Shown: positions 39,976 to 51,537, numbered from the stretch's first letter. The stretch: 64,000 nt of DNA from Styela clava (GCF_964204865.1 NC_135258.1:7998001-8062000), one strand, 5' to 3'. Notes: generated by a model not told the origin, from the sequence alone. Translations and numbers: made by a program.

Positions 39976-42900
39976 TTAGTCCCTGCGTTTCCTGATCTTC
40001 ATTTCTACAAATTTGGCAAATGGAGTGTGTGTATTTTTCCACTTATACCAGGATAAACCCTTGGCCGATGTAATGTCTGCGTATAAACCATTCAAGTTGG
40101 CGTAATGGCACCTGTTGTGCCACCACCCCGCTTTGTATACTTCAGCGCAATTTTTTCCCGTGTCTTGGTCGTTTTCCTGATCCATCGTTGAAAATTGGTT
40201 ATTGTTATGGTACGCCATCGAATCGCCTGTTAATAGAAACAACATGAAAAATTCCATCACCCAAGAATAAGTGCAGTACGATACATGTTGCTCGAATAAT
40301 TCGTATCGTTATAAGAGATGGATTGAAAAGCAAGTATATATACATACAAATTCAAGTTTTTAAACATACACATACTATATAAACTGAAAAACAGTGTTAG
40401 TGTCCGTTGTTAATCATAATAATTATTTTGAGTTTACCAGCATTTCCTGAATATCCGGTAATCGTTATTCGATAATTGTCTTCTTTTCCAGCAATTTTAA
40501 ATTGTCTACAAATAAAAAAAAATGTGTCAATTTAATATATAAAAAGTATTTTTATTTCCATTACATTTCTTAAGATGAGTTTACTCGAAGTATATTTGCA
40601 AGAAACGATCATGATCAATGAACGAAAATGTGGAGAAATCACTGAAAAACCAAATTCTACAACAAATTCCTATTGCGGCTTTTACTTTGCAGCCTGAAAT
40701 CTCAATTTATAGTATATGTAAAACTATTGGCACTCTTGAAATGGTTAGTTTACTAAATAATCGGTCGTTTTGTAAGTCTTTTTACGCTCTCTCATTTTAT
40801 CAAAGACTAAATGAAGTACACATGAAATATTTGGCAGTGCGTAAAGAAAACTTCAATTACCCGTATTTTGCGAATAATTTATCGTTGTCTCTTGTTACAA
40901 AGTCGAATCGAATCTCATGAGGACCATTGGTGGATATTCTATGCATCGTCTCTAGTCCTGTGAATTATAAAGACATCGATAGTTAGTGTTCAGCCTATGC
41001 CCCATTTTCAAACCTAAAATCAAGAATTATTTTATTCGAACCCCGCCAAGTTTTTAACGCTTGAGAACGTCGAGCCGAGTCGAACCACTCTATTCCCGAG
41101 TCACAAGTCAAGTTGAGTCGCTCCTTCTTCGCGTCACTTTCTTCGTCCGCAGTCGAGCCAGATTTGTATTAAATTTTGTAACAAAGAGCAAAGTACAGAA
41201 CATTCTTTCTTAGGTTAATCTGATTTTGCATTTAAAAGTTTAGTCGCCTATTGCCCGAAAAAGGTAATTTTGATAGCACGCCATGTTACTGTTCTACAAA
41301 AAGGTGACTGATGAAAATGTATTACATTAACATTTAGTGACGTGTGCATATTTCGAAAAATGGAATTATTTAGAATCTGGTATATTTTAACATTAGCGCA
41401 ATATTACCTCTATATAATTATACTTATTGCCATTATCACCATAACATTCGAGGCAATACAAAAAAGATTATGTAGTCTTGTCATCGTCGACGCCATCATC
41501 AGTATGAAAGTATATAAATTACTTCAATAAACCAACGCAAAATTATGTTCGTAATTTGAAGGATACCTAGCCAGAATTCACGTTCTTTGTAACCGAAACC
41601 TGTGACATAGTCATTCCAGTCACGGTAAAAATCTTCAGTTCCGTCAAGTCTTCTTTGTATTACCTATAAAGTAGTTTGACAAGTAAAATTTACCTTGATT
41701 TGCAATCGTCAAGATTTAAGGGACAATCGTTCACTCAGATGTTTGTAAATTATCCATCTGTCTGAGTGGCGGATAATTATTTGTGTGAGGATTTCTGCAG
41801 TCCTCATCGCCGTAGGGCGGTGCAACGAACTGTTGGTCGGGTTCGCCTACGCTAACCATAAAGTTCATGTATCTGAAAAAATAACTGATAACCGAACGAC
41901 AGGACGTGACCGTGACTGAGCTGTTTACTCTCCGCCGGGGTAAAAATGATGTCGTATATCCTATTTGAGATGGCTTCATAATACACTAGACTAGCATGCT
42001 ACACATGTCGCTGCAGCATAGGGTATTATACGTCATTATTGTATTTTATTGATCGTTCGCATTGCCGTGTTATATTTTGTCACTCAATATGGATTAATCA
42101 TTGTGGAATAAATTGAGCACATTGCAAGCCAGTGACAATCGTATTAGATGAAGTAATTTCGGAATACAGCCTGCTACATACAGGCTGGCCATCTCAGTCG
42201 GAACGTATTTGTCACCTTCAAAGCTTATTTTAAAGGATAAATTCTATTGCGCGGCATTTAATGATAAAATGATGACTTAAAATGATTGTAATAATGTCCT
42301 CAGCGCGCAATCATATTGAACACGTATCTTGAGATACATACAATACACGCTTGTCTTTAATTGCCATAGTTTCGTCTAAGCAAGGTTACATGGAATTGGG
42401 ATATTTATTATATATATATATATGAGAATGGGTTTGATAATAAGTTCTGTTTGTGCCACATGAAACTAGACCACAAATAGTTAAACATGGACAAAAGATC
42501 CCCAAAGATACTACTCACAATCCAACCGCCTCCATCGGTTTCTTGATCACAATACACTTGGACTCCTTGTTTACTTTCATTGAACGGACGAATCACGTAA
42601 GTTCCACTTGATATCACGTGACTTTTTACAGCATCACAGTCCCGTGGAAACATCCATTCTAGAAAAAGTAATTGCACTTTTTTGTGCTTCATGCCTGTTT
42701 AGATAATTTAAAAAACTAAAAAGAGTTTTAAAAATTATCTTTGCGTGTTATCGAGTTATGTTACGAGTCTAAACATACCTTCCAACTTTAGGCGTTGTTC
42801 TTCGAATTTTATAAAATTGTCCAAAATATTGCCGATTAGTTACTTGCAATTTTTCGTCCCAGAATGCATTATACCAAACTCATAATCGTTAGGAAAATAA

Positions 42901-43242
42901 AACAAGAAAATTCCAGTTTTCCAATGATTGCATCGCAATATCTAATACCTTACCAACCAACTCTTGAACTTGACGTTCAAGCTGTTTGTTTCGTTCAACT
43001 GGATCTTTGCAGCAAGTACCTGGTGACCCTGGTGGTCCCACCAATCCGCGGGGCCCTTCTGGGCCGCTCTTTCCCGGTGGTCCACGCGGTCCTGTTACGC
43101 GAGAAGGGAGCTGGCTCTCGTTCTCATCACACGAGAGATGACAAGTTCCGAGACTAATACTTGCTTGAGACTTACAAGTAAAGTACAAGAAAATAATTAA
43201 TGTCGCCAAGAAAAATGAATCAGTTTTTCTCGCCCACATCAT
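39976..43242 (-). CDS. Ficolin-like lectin copy 6, 6 exons, ~313 aa
   Basis: Exons 43242-42954, 42658-42519, 41663-41567, 40957-40861, 40505-40438, 40226-39976. Introns are GT-AG and 942 nt are in frame. It has 9 Gly-X-Y triplets. Confidence 0.93.
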
Positions 43243-43665
43243 GTCCGTCTGGCGGAACGCACAGCAATCAAATGTCAAACGGCTCAGAATAATTGTTTTT
43301 ATATATGCGGTATTTCGGTTATTTTTGCAATCTTATTAAGGCGTATATACCGCACGATTTAAGTTATTTTCAAATCACATTTTGCACGCACAATTGAACA
43401 ACGTTGCATGGGAATGCCAGCTGGAGCTAGTATTTCCGTTTTAATATTGATAGGGAATATTCCATTAACCTTTACAAATACGAATTTCGGCGATGATACG
43501 TAGAATATATTAAAACAAAGGTTGCAGCTTCTGCAGTTATGCGTAGCGTTTGCAACTGGCTCTTTTTCAAATATGGAAATGGATATTGCTGTTCCTATTT
43601 CAGCATTATCAATCGCTTAGAGACAACTGTTTATAAGTGAAGAAATAGAGCGGGACTTAAATATA

Positions 43666-43965
43666 TGGACACGAAAGCCAAAACAATGTAGTACGGGTAT
43701 GCATTCTGTCACAGTAGACTACCGGTACGGCATTCGTCACGAGTGAGGCGAAAGCTAAACCGCCCAAAGGTGCGCATTCTTATGACGTAATCGCAGACAA
43801 AGAGCAATCCCATAGAGCCCACATAAATTTTCAACATTAAAAATAGCCTTCTAACGAAAAATACAATCCTCAACCACGTTAATTTCAAAGCAATTGGTAC
43901 AGTAGTTAATGAGAAAAATGACTTCTTCAAAACAACAACAAGAAAGAACCAACAAGAACAAGACC
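43666..43965 (+). mobile_element. Repeat family B (TGGACACG termini), truncated copy
   Basis: Starts tggacacgaaagc. The internal tttcaaagcaattggt.cagtagt and the CAA microsatellite are shared with 53351-53683 and 57318-57644. Confidence 0.65.
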
Positions 43966-44596
43966 TATTTTGCGTTTGTGGTCTCATAAATTGAAGACAG
44001 TCAAGAATCCCAACGTTTAAATTATCTAGCCGCTGTCTGGCAAGTGTTACAAATAAGTTTGGGAATTTTACGGATTTCTTGAATCGCGTAGTTTTGGGGG
44101 GTTCATCGCGAAAATACCCAGTCCCTAAGATGTTTGTCCCCCTACATATTACTGACGCGGTGTTTTTCTGCCCATAGTTGGCGCGGTAAATCCAATTTCT
44201 AGCGGGATCACTATTTAGCAAGCACGACTTTTGAATCTCCGGGGGCACGCAAACATAGATTGCTCCGATTTTTTTTTTGATTCGTCTTTAGTGTTCAGCT
44301 TTATTGTGACTTCAACCACCTCACCACACGTCGGAATGCGAGCCTCTACCTTGAAGGATTTTTTTTATGCTTATGAAGCTCACCATCTTGTTTCGAGATG
44401 AATTCCTCAATTTCTTTAGGAAATTCATTTATGACATGCGACTTCATTTATGACATGTGAGTTACTGATAAAACGAGTTTTTTTTTGTGTGTGTGTGTGA
44501 CAACTCAGCGAACTGACTGAGTGATTGATTCTATGTCTTCTCTAATTTGTGTGTCTGGAGCACTCATTGCAATAAAAAGACACATTCAATCACGGT

Positions 44597-45305
44597 AAAA
44601 TTAGCTCCCTCTTGACCAGACAACATGCTGCTGGTCTTTGAAAATCCCGCCATATACGAGTTTCGTCAATTTTGCTTCAGATTATCAAAATTAAATCGAA
44701 AAATTGACATAATTTTGAGTTTTTGTTTAATTTATTCTACTTTGCTTACAATCTTTAGAACTATATCTTCAAGTTGAAGTAATAAAATCAACACTCTCTT
44801 GACCGGAAGACCATGCGGCTGGGATTTGAAAATCACCAAAATTGCCATATGCGAGCCGCGTCAGTTTCACGTCAGAATACCAAATATCAATCAAAAAATT
44901 GAAATAATTCCAATTTTTTATTCAAATTGATTCACATTTTTTTTACTATTTTCATGACTATACCTTCAATTTGAAATGATAAAATCAGATCCCTCCTAGA
45001 CAGACATCATGCCGCTGAGGCTTGAAAATCACAAAAATCGCCACGTGCGAGTTACGTCAATTTTGAGTGAGAATATCGAAATTCAATCGAAAAATTAACA
45101 TAATTCTTAGTTTTTTGTTGAAATTGATTCACATTTAATTACTATTTTTATGACTATATCTTCAATTTAGAACAACAAAATCTCTCTTAAACAGGAAACC
45201 ATGCTGCTGGGCTTTGAAAATTCCCTGAACTGTCTTATGGTGGTTAGGTCATTTTGCAAAATTCAGTCGAAAGGTTGTCATAATTCTAAAACATTATTGA
45301 AATTC
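44597..45305. repeat. Second locus of the ~195-bp tandem repeat, ~3.6-4 units
   Basis: Unit starts at ~44597, 44785, 44981 and 45177. The left flank 44380-44597 is homologous to 38610-38835. Confidence 0.75.
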
Positions 45306-45309
45306 ATTC

Positions 45310-46070
45310 AGTTATTCTTGTAATCTCATTAAGACCTATATATTGCCCGATTTAAATAATGCTTGCTGGTGCTGATGTTTCTGTTTTGATATTAATATGA
45401 AATATCCCATAACTGGGGCAGCAGGTTGTAGGGATGACTCTTTGCTTAGTTTGGTGATTTAAATTAAAATGATACAAACATTCCATTCTTATTTGACCTT
45501 CAATTTATTAATTCTCATGCATAACAACATTTATAATATGTTTATACGCCAAATTATTTTAGAAGTTAGATTTAAAGAGCATCGATATCAGAAACTCGCC
45601 CCGGGCGGCAGAACAGTTTGACACGACCCTGTTCATAACCCCTTTCTACAGACCGATTTTAGAATTGATATCGATTTATATATTTTATCAAATCTTATAT
45701 CCTCTGGAGTTATGCGTAGCCTTTGCATTTCTCTCTTTTTTATATATGGATCAAGATATTTATGCTTCTATTTCACCTTGCCAATAGCTTCAGGTATCAG
45801 ATCATAAGTGCAATACCTATTGATCTCTATGTGATGGTAGTGCCAATAATGATCTATGGAGTGCCAGGTCAAAATAAATTTATACGATCAGCCTGGTTTG
45901 AGCATATTTGCTCGTAATGCTTTGCTTTTTTACCGAGCATATGGTGAAATATGAAAGAGTTTGAAAGCCATATTTTCGTTCCCCTGACATTGTGCCGATA
46001 TACAGTCATTTTTGAATCTCTTCCGTTGAACTAATTGTGTTCGGTAACCATATAGATTTTTTAATGTATA
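45310..46070 (-). other. Orphan copy of the ficolin upstream block with no attached gene
   Basis: Homologous to ~19068-19440 and ~20260-20460 (gttattcttg.aatctcattaagacctatata, cttgctggtgctg, ctacagaccgattttagaattgatatcg). Confidence 0.75.
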
Positions 46071-46672
46071 ATGATATGTGGTCCAATATAATAGAGTGAA
46101 CGTTTTAATTTTATATGAAATCGAGCTTGGGCCGTATGAAATTTCAACCAACATCATACGCGGAAATAATCTGTACATCATGACGTCACGTAAAGCGGAC
46201 GCAGGAGATAATGATTCATTTACATTAAAAAGCAGTTCAAAAGAATAGGTAAATTCCCAGCATATCAAGTATAGATATCCTTGCGGAAGTATTATCGTAT
46301 AGACTATAGAATTATATTTCGTGTAAATATTCCCACCGCGGCAACCGTGCTGTTTTATTTAATGAATATTATTATCAGGGGCTGGAGTCATTGGGTGTTC
46401 ACAGTATTCATTTTTAACAGTATAGGCTGTAGTATGCAATACAGCACAAAGAATATTGTTATGTTCTGTACACAGGATTTCAGGTGCTTTATTATAATGA
46501 AGCGAATAGATTTATGGGGCTTTGTGAAGTATATTGGAGGAAGAAGGAAAGGTTTGATAATAATAAGAACGAACATTGTCGCCAACAAAGTATCAACAAC
46601 ATCAGCTTTAAATTGGAAAGTTGAATATAGCACAATTTCGCCAAAATATTCAGACGTTGTGGCACGATTTTC

Positions 46673-46880
46673 GGCGCTCCAGAAGTATGTGTACCAATAT
46701 GGAGGTAACTTATTTTGTTCGCTTACTTTACATCAAGTTGTGTAAAGGGACTGAAGCGTATGAACATGGGGTATATTCACTTGGCTAACACAGACAGTCC
46801 CCGAACTCGTGATAGAACTAAAAGAGGGAAAATCGGAATAAAATTATGCCCTAACCTGGTACACACACTACGGGAGTAAC
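46673..46880 (+). mobile_element. MITE family A, ~205 bp, near full length
   Basis: Imperfect TIR ctccagaagtatgtgtacca / tggtacacacactacgggag. Other copies are at 51336-51537 (inverted) and 58700-58901. Confidence 0.75.
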
Positions 46881-47053
46881 TGATTTTCTACCTGCGATAT
46901 TTGGTTTTGGGGTAAAAAGTGGAACTCATTAATTAACCTCATTCACTTGCAGCAAATATGTAGAGTCATTATAGCTTGCCTTACTCGACTAAAATAATTA
47001 TTTAAGGTCAATGTGTTTGAATCGTAGTTGCACAAGACGTAAATTACCCAACT

Positions 47054-47704
47054 ATGACGTCAAAATTAAATCCTTACGAGCGGTTCGACGGGGAATCTTC
47101 AAACAATCCTCCACCCGTGGTCTCAACACGATCAGCAACATCCTACCAAAGAAATCCAAGGGAAGATTATCAATTTCATTTACACAAATTCGGAATAGTT
47201 GAAGTGGTGATAGGAGTGGTAATATCCGGTTTGTGCATCGGCAGTCTCATAATTCAAACATCTTCTGACCGGAAACAATATAATTCCTCAAACACGAATA
47301 CAACATGTATATCACCAGGACTGTGGTGCGGTGTATTTTTATTTTTCAGTGGAATACTTGGCATAAAAGCAAAAAACAACCTTGCCCTAAGCATGTATAT
47401 TGCGAATTCAATAGTCAGCCTCATAGGTGTCGTAATGATGGGCGTTTTAATTGGTGTATCGGCCTGGTGCTCATTGCACACCGATAGTGAAGATTTCTAT
47501 ATCACAGCGATTCACAATACGAACTCGGTTCTGGCGTTTGCAGCATTGGTTGTATGTCTGATTCATTTGCTTTACTGCGTTATTAGAATATGTTGTTCTG
47601 CCGGTCAATCTGATTCCGAGCAACCCCAGAGATTTTCTCAACTTGCAACTGGACAATACATGAACATACCAGAAAATACTCCGCCAAATGTCGAACGAAC
47701 CTGA
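47054..47704 (+). CDS. MS4A/CD20-like four-transmembrane protein, single coding exon, 216 aa
   Basis: Four hydrophobic segments. TM1 GIVEVVIG and TM2 PGLWCGVFLFFSGILGI match the CD20-family pattern. A CC follows TM4 and the N- and C-tails are polar. Confidence 0.8.
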   Translation: MTSKLNPYERFDGESSNNPPPVVSTRSATSYQRNPREDYQFHLHKFGIVEVVIGVVISGLCIGSLIIQTSSDRKQYNSSNTNTTCISPGLWCGVFLFFSGILGIKAKNNLALSMYIANSIVSLIGVVMMGVLIGVSAWCSLHTDSEDFYITAIHNTNSVLAFAALVVCLIHLLYCVIRICCSAGQSDSEQPQRFSQLATGQYMNIPENTPPNVERT

Positions 47705-49128
47705 TTTTGAAGCTGGGTTTACCATACTTTTGGACCAGTGTTCTTTAAACTGTTTCATCCTGACCCACAACACGGCCAAATTTTTTGGCGACACCCAGAA
47801 ACTAAAATATAAGAAAGTTAATTCAATAATATTCTCACACGAAAGATCGAATTTTGGTTTTCCAAATGTTTCAAAATTGATCGATATTTTGCTCTAACAT
47901 AAGTTAGTGTCGAAAAAGATTTCACAGCCTTATTGAGCTCTTTCACGCGGTTGGGACCTCAGTTTGAAGAGCCCTGCTTTAAACAAATGTTTAATGACCT
48001 TAAAGTGATATAGTAAATCTTAATTCTAAAAGGGTTGCAAAATATAAATATAAAGCAAATCAAAGCTTTTTTTGTTTACTAATCTGTACACAATTTATAA
48101 ACGTGAATTTTTCTATTTTTGTTTATTATTTGAGACATTTATATATATCTCAGTTTGAAAATATTATCGAGTTATATTTTCAACGCAATTAAAGGTATTA
48201 TAATAATTTAAAGGACAATGCTAAAATATGAGAACAAAAAATTGATACCGTTAATGTGCGCCATTTGTTGTCGTCGAATGCGATAAGAGGAAAACCACAC
48301 TGGGTCGCATTTATCAAAAATGTTTAGAATAAGAGGGCACTGTGGAGCTAAGATAAAAATAAAAAAAAATTGCCATTCTAACAAACACTTTCGATTTCAA
48401 TTACTGGAAATTTGATTAAATTGCTCTATTACTCTGAGAAAACTGTATTTTTATGCTCTAATTATGACAAGAGAACAGTTTAAAAATGTATATTTATAAT
48501 ATACCAGTATGTCTGTTGCTGAGAAAGAGTTCGCCGAAGTAAATCAGCGAAAAATCCAAATAGTAGAGCAATATTTCTAAAAGCTAAATATGTGGGCAGC
48601 AACTCGAACCAAACTAGGAGCAGTTTGAGATATGGAGTATTCATCGCAAATACTGATCGTGAATCATGAAAAAAATATTTAAGGGTAAGCCATCGACCTA
48701 CAAATAAATAAAATTTAAATTTCCGAAATTATTTGCTAGTGCATTCTTAGTTCGATTGGTTCCCCGACAAGCAAATGCCTTAAATGTATCACGACGTGCG
48801 AAAAAGGTAAGCTAGTCGCATTAGATATTGCTAATGGCTCATATGAATCATGTACGATATATCTCGATGATAGGTTAGATTTATTAAAAACCATGAAAGT
48901 TACAGTTTGTGAGCATGTGAAGTTGACAAATATACGATTTCTACAACAATCAATATTTTCGATTGTCCGTGCTCGTTAAAGAAAGAGATAGCGCTACGGA
49001 AGTGTTCCAGGATAGACATTTGTAGGTTGAATCCTCATGTATTGACAAATAGCGTGTAAAAAGCTAATATAAACCGATAAACAACGGAAACAACAATAAC
49101 AGTGACAAGAGCGCGATTCTCTAATATA

Positions 49129-49482
49129 TGTACACGAAAGTCAGCACGAAGAAGTATCAAATCTTTACAGTACCGGTAGTTTTCTTTATCAATAAACTAC
49201 TGACTTCGCTGACCGCCAGATCGCTGGAATGCGATCGTAGAACCGCCGAATGTTATGATGACGTCATTACACAAAGCTTCAAAGTGAAAAACGAAGCCAA
49301 CAGAGCCCACAGAAATGATTGAAATGAATAATAATACTAATAGCCTTCTAGGGCAGATTGCAACGCAATGAGTTTAGTAGTGTACGAGAAAAGCATTTTT
49401 TAACAACAACAATATTGACAGCAACAAGAATACTAACAACAACAAAAAATTAACAAAACGATCAATAGGTCCACTTCGTGTA
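49129..49482 (+). mobile_element. Repeat family B copy
   Basis: tgtacacgaaag...gatgacgtcat...agagcccac...tagccttcta...CAA repeats...ccacttcgtgt. Confidence 0.6.
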
Positions 49483-51335
49483 TTTCAATTCAAAAACTTG
49501 AGGGCACTATTTTATAGCAAAAATATCGGCCAGACTTGGCTCAACAACAAGCGTGAAAGGATGGATTGGAGGACAACACATTGTTGATAATCAGATTGCA
49601 ATTATTAAACTGGGCATACGTAAGTGACCTCACATATGTACCAAATACTTCCGGTATCATGCAATTGTGCAGAATTTACATCCAATTATATCATTCATAA
49701 GCTAATTAGTGTCAAAAGTAGTTTTGAGCTATCGTAGCACAATATTCGCTGAGAATTCAAACTACAATGAAATTCGAGTTTGCAATAATTGAGCAGTAAG
49801 GTATAGAAATATTCGTTTAAATATCGTTAACTATAATAGAAGAATACAAATAAGATATTTATCAATGGGCTCCTGTAGAGATCTTATTTTCCCTTTGTAC
49901 TGGCGACATCTAGCGTAATAGGTAAATTTATAAGAAACATTATTATTCTAAGTGATTCCAGTGTCATACACGCACTATCACAAATAAAAAAAAATTATAC
50001 ATAAATATATTTGTGTTTGTGTGTAGCAAGACTCTCGAATCGCTTGGAATGGATATCTTCACCATTACTACAGCATCCTTGCATTCTATGCCTACGGCTT
50101 CACTGACACAAACGCATGGAGAAAGGATAAATAGTTAGTTCTCGCAGAAACCCAATTCATTAGTTGGTTTATTAGTTATTTAGATGTTTTTAGTAAGTTT
50201 ATTAGTTGTACTTCTGAATAGTATTTTATAGTTGAATAGAGATATCTGCAAAATTGTCCATATCTGTGAAATTAGGTTTTATTGTGTAGAACAGTTGAGG
50301 GCAAGGTTTTTGAAGCAAGGGCCAAACTTGCACATCTAGACTGGCGGGCAATGTAAGTGTTAAGCAAAAAGTTACATATTATGAAGAATATGTACTATGT
50401 TACAAAAGCAAAAGTGGAAAACTATAATCCTTGCGTGAAATCTCAACAAATTTCGTGAGCTATTTTTCAGTTAAGATTTCAAAATTTGGGTTTAGTCTGG
50501 TTGCGGCAGCATCAGCAATTTAGTGAACTTGATGGTTGTTAGTATAAAAGATTCTCATCCGCCCGAACTACCCGCAGTTATTAAACGAGAGTTGGGAAGC
50601 ACGGACTATATCATTTGAGAAAAGAGGGCAGTTCCTTACTATATGGACATCAAGGCCCAATAACTAATCGAAGTACCTATCGTCTACGCAACTTTCACTG
50701 AAATGTGGCGTAATACAGAATTCCCGAAATCAAAACAAATGCTAGTCGTGACAGTCACGCTTGACGGAATAAAAAGTGTTTGGGTAAAATATCGGATCTC
50801 CCAGGACAAGAAAAAATAAAATAAAAAACGACTACCCCCATACTTAAGTACTCAAAGTTTAAAATCGATCTGTACGTTGGTCACGGAGAATTGGCGATTT
50901 TCCCACCAAAAGGTCGCCCCGGCAACAACAATTTGGCTAACAAGCCAACTACTCGATTTACTATAACTTGATCACAGACTGAGCATTCGTGCGCGCATAA
51001 TTGTTAGTGTGGCATAGAATTTTAGCGAAGGTTAACTGTGCATGATGTATCACGTTAAAATGATATCACAACATCTTGTGCTGATTTGAGTTGATCTGAA
51101 TTTGGCTTGAACTTTTGAACGATGACAGTATAATCATTATTTCATTCTGAAAATGTAATAAATTAAAAGAATTTATATATTTTTTTCTTTCAGTGGTAAT
51201 GGATAAAAACGCACTGTGCGCGAAAAGAATATTACTATGCAGGGGCTCCGTGTTTAATTGGTGGTGCAATTAGATTTCATTTTCAAAAATTCATTTTTTG
51301 TTCAAATAATATAATAAAATGTAATAGAAGAAAAG

Positions 51336-51537
51336 GTATGTGTACCAGGTTAGGGTTAGGCCATAATTGTATTCCGATTTCCTCATTTTAGTTCTATTAC
51401 GAGTTCGGGGACCGTATGTGTTAAACAAGTAAATATCCCTCTGCTCGCAGGTTTCAGTCCCTCACCATAATTTGATGTAAAATAGGCGAACAAAATTAGT
51501 TACCCCCTTATGGGTACACACACATACTTCTGGAGCG
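51336..51537 (-). mobile_element. MITE family A copy (inverted)
   Basis: Reverse complement of 46673-46880. Confidence 0.75.

Noticed and set aside
12154-43157. Recurrent + strand ORFs opposite ficolin exon 1 (..[14 protein letters not shown])
   Set aside because: They are antisense shadows of a GC-rich exon. Their conservation follows from the paralogy.
8602-43242. Somatic rearrangement or alternative-exon cassette system (VLR/Dscam-like)
   Set aside because: Each repeat unit is a complete gene with its own promoter and six exons. I saw no recombination signals or shared constant exon.
43709-44248. 179-aa minus-strand ORF
   Set aside because: It starts at a non-ATG codon, overlaps a repeat family B element and has no recognisable domain.
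45930-46745. ORFs of 112, 154 and 81 aa
   Set aside because: They run through duplicated spacer and MITE sequence, with no motifs or credible splice structure.
47254-47897. ORFs overlapping the MS4A-like gene
   Set aside because: They are shadow frames of the real CDS.
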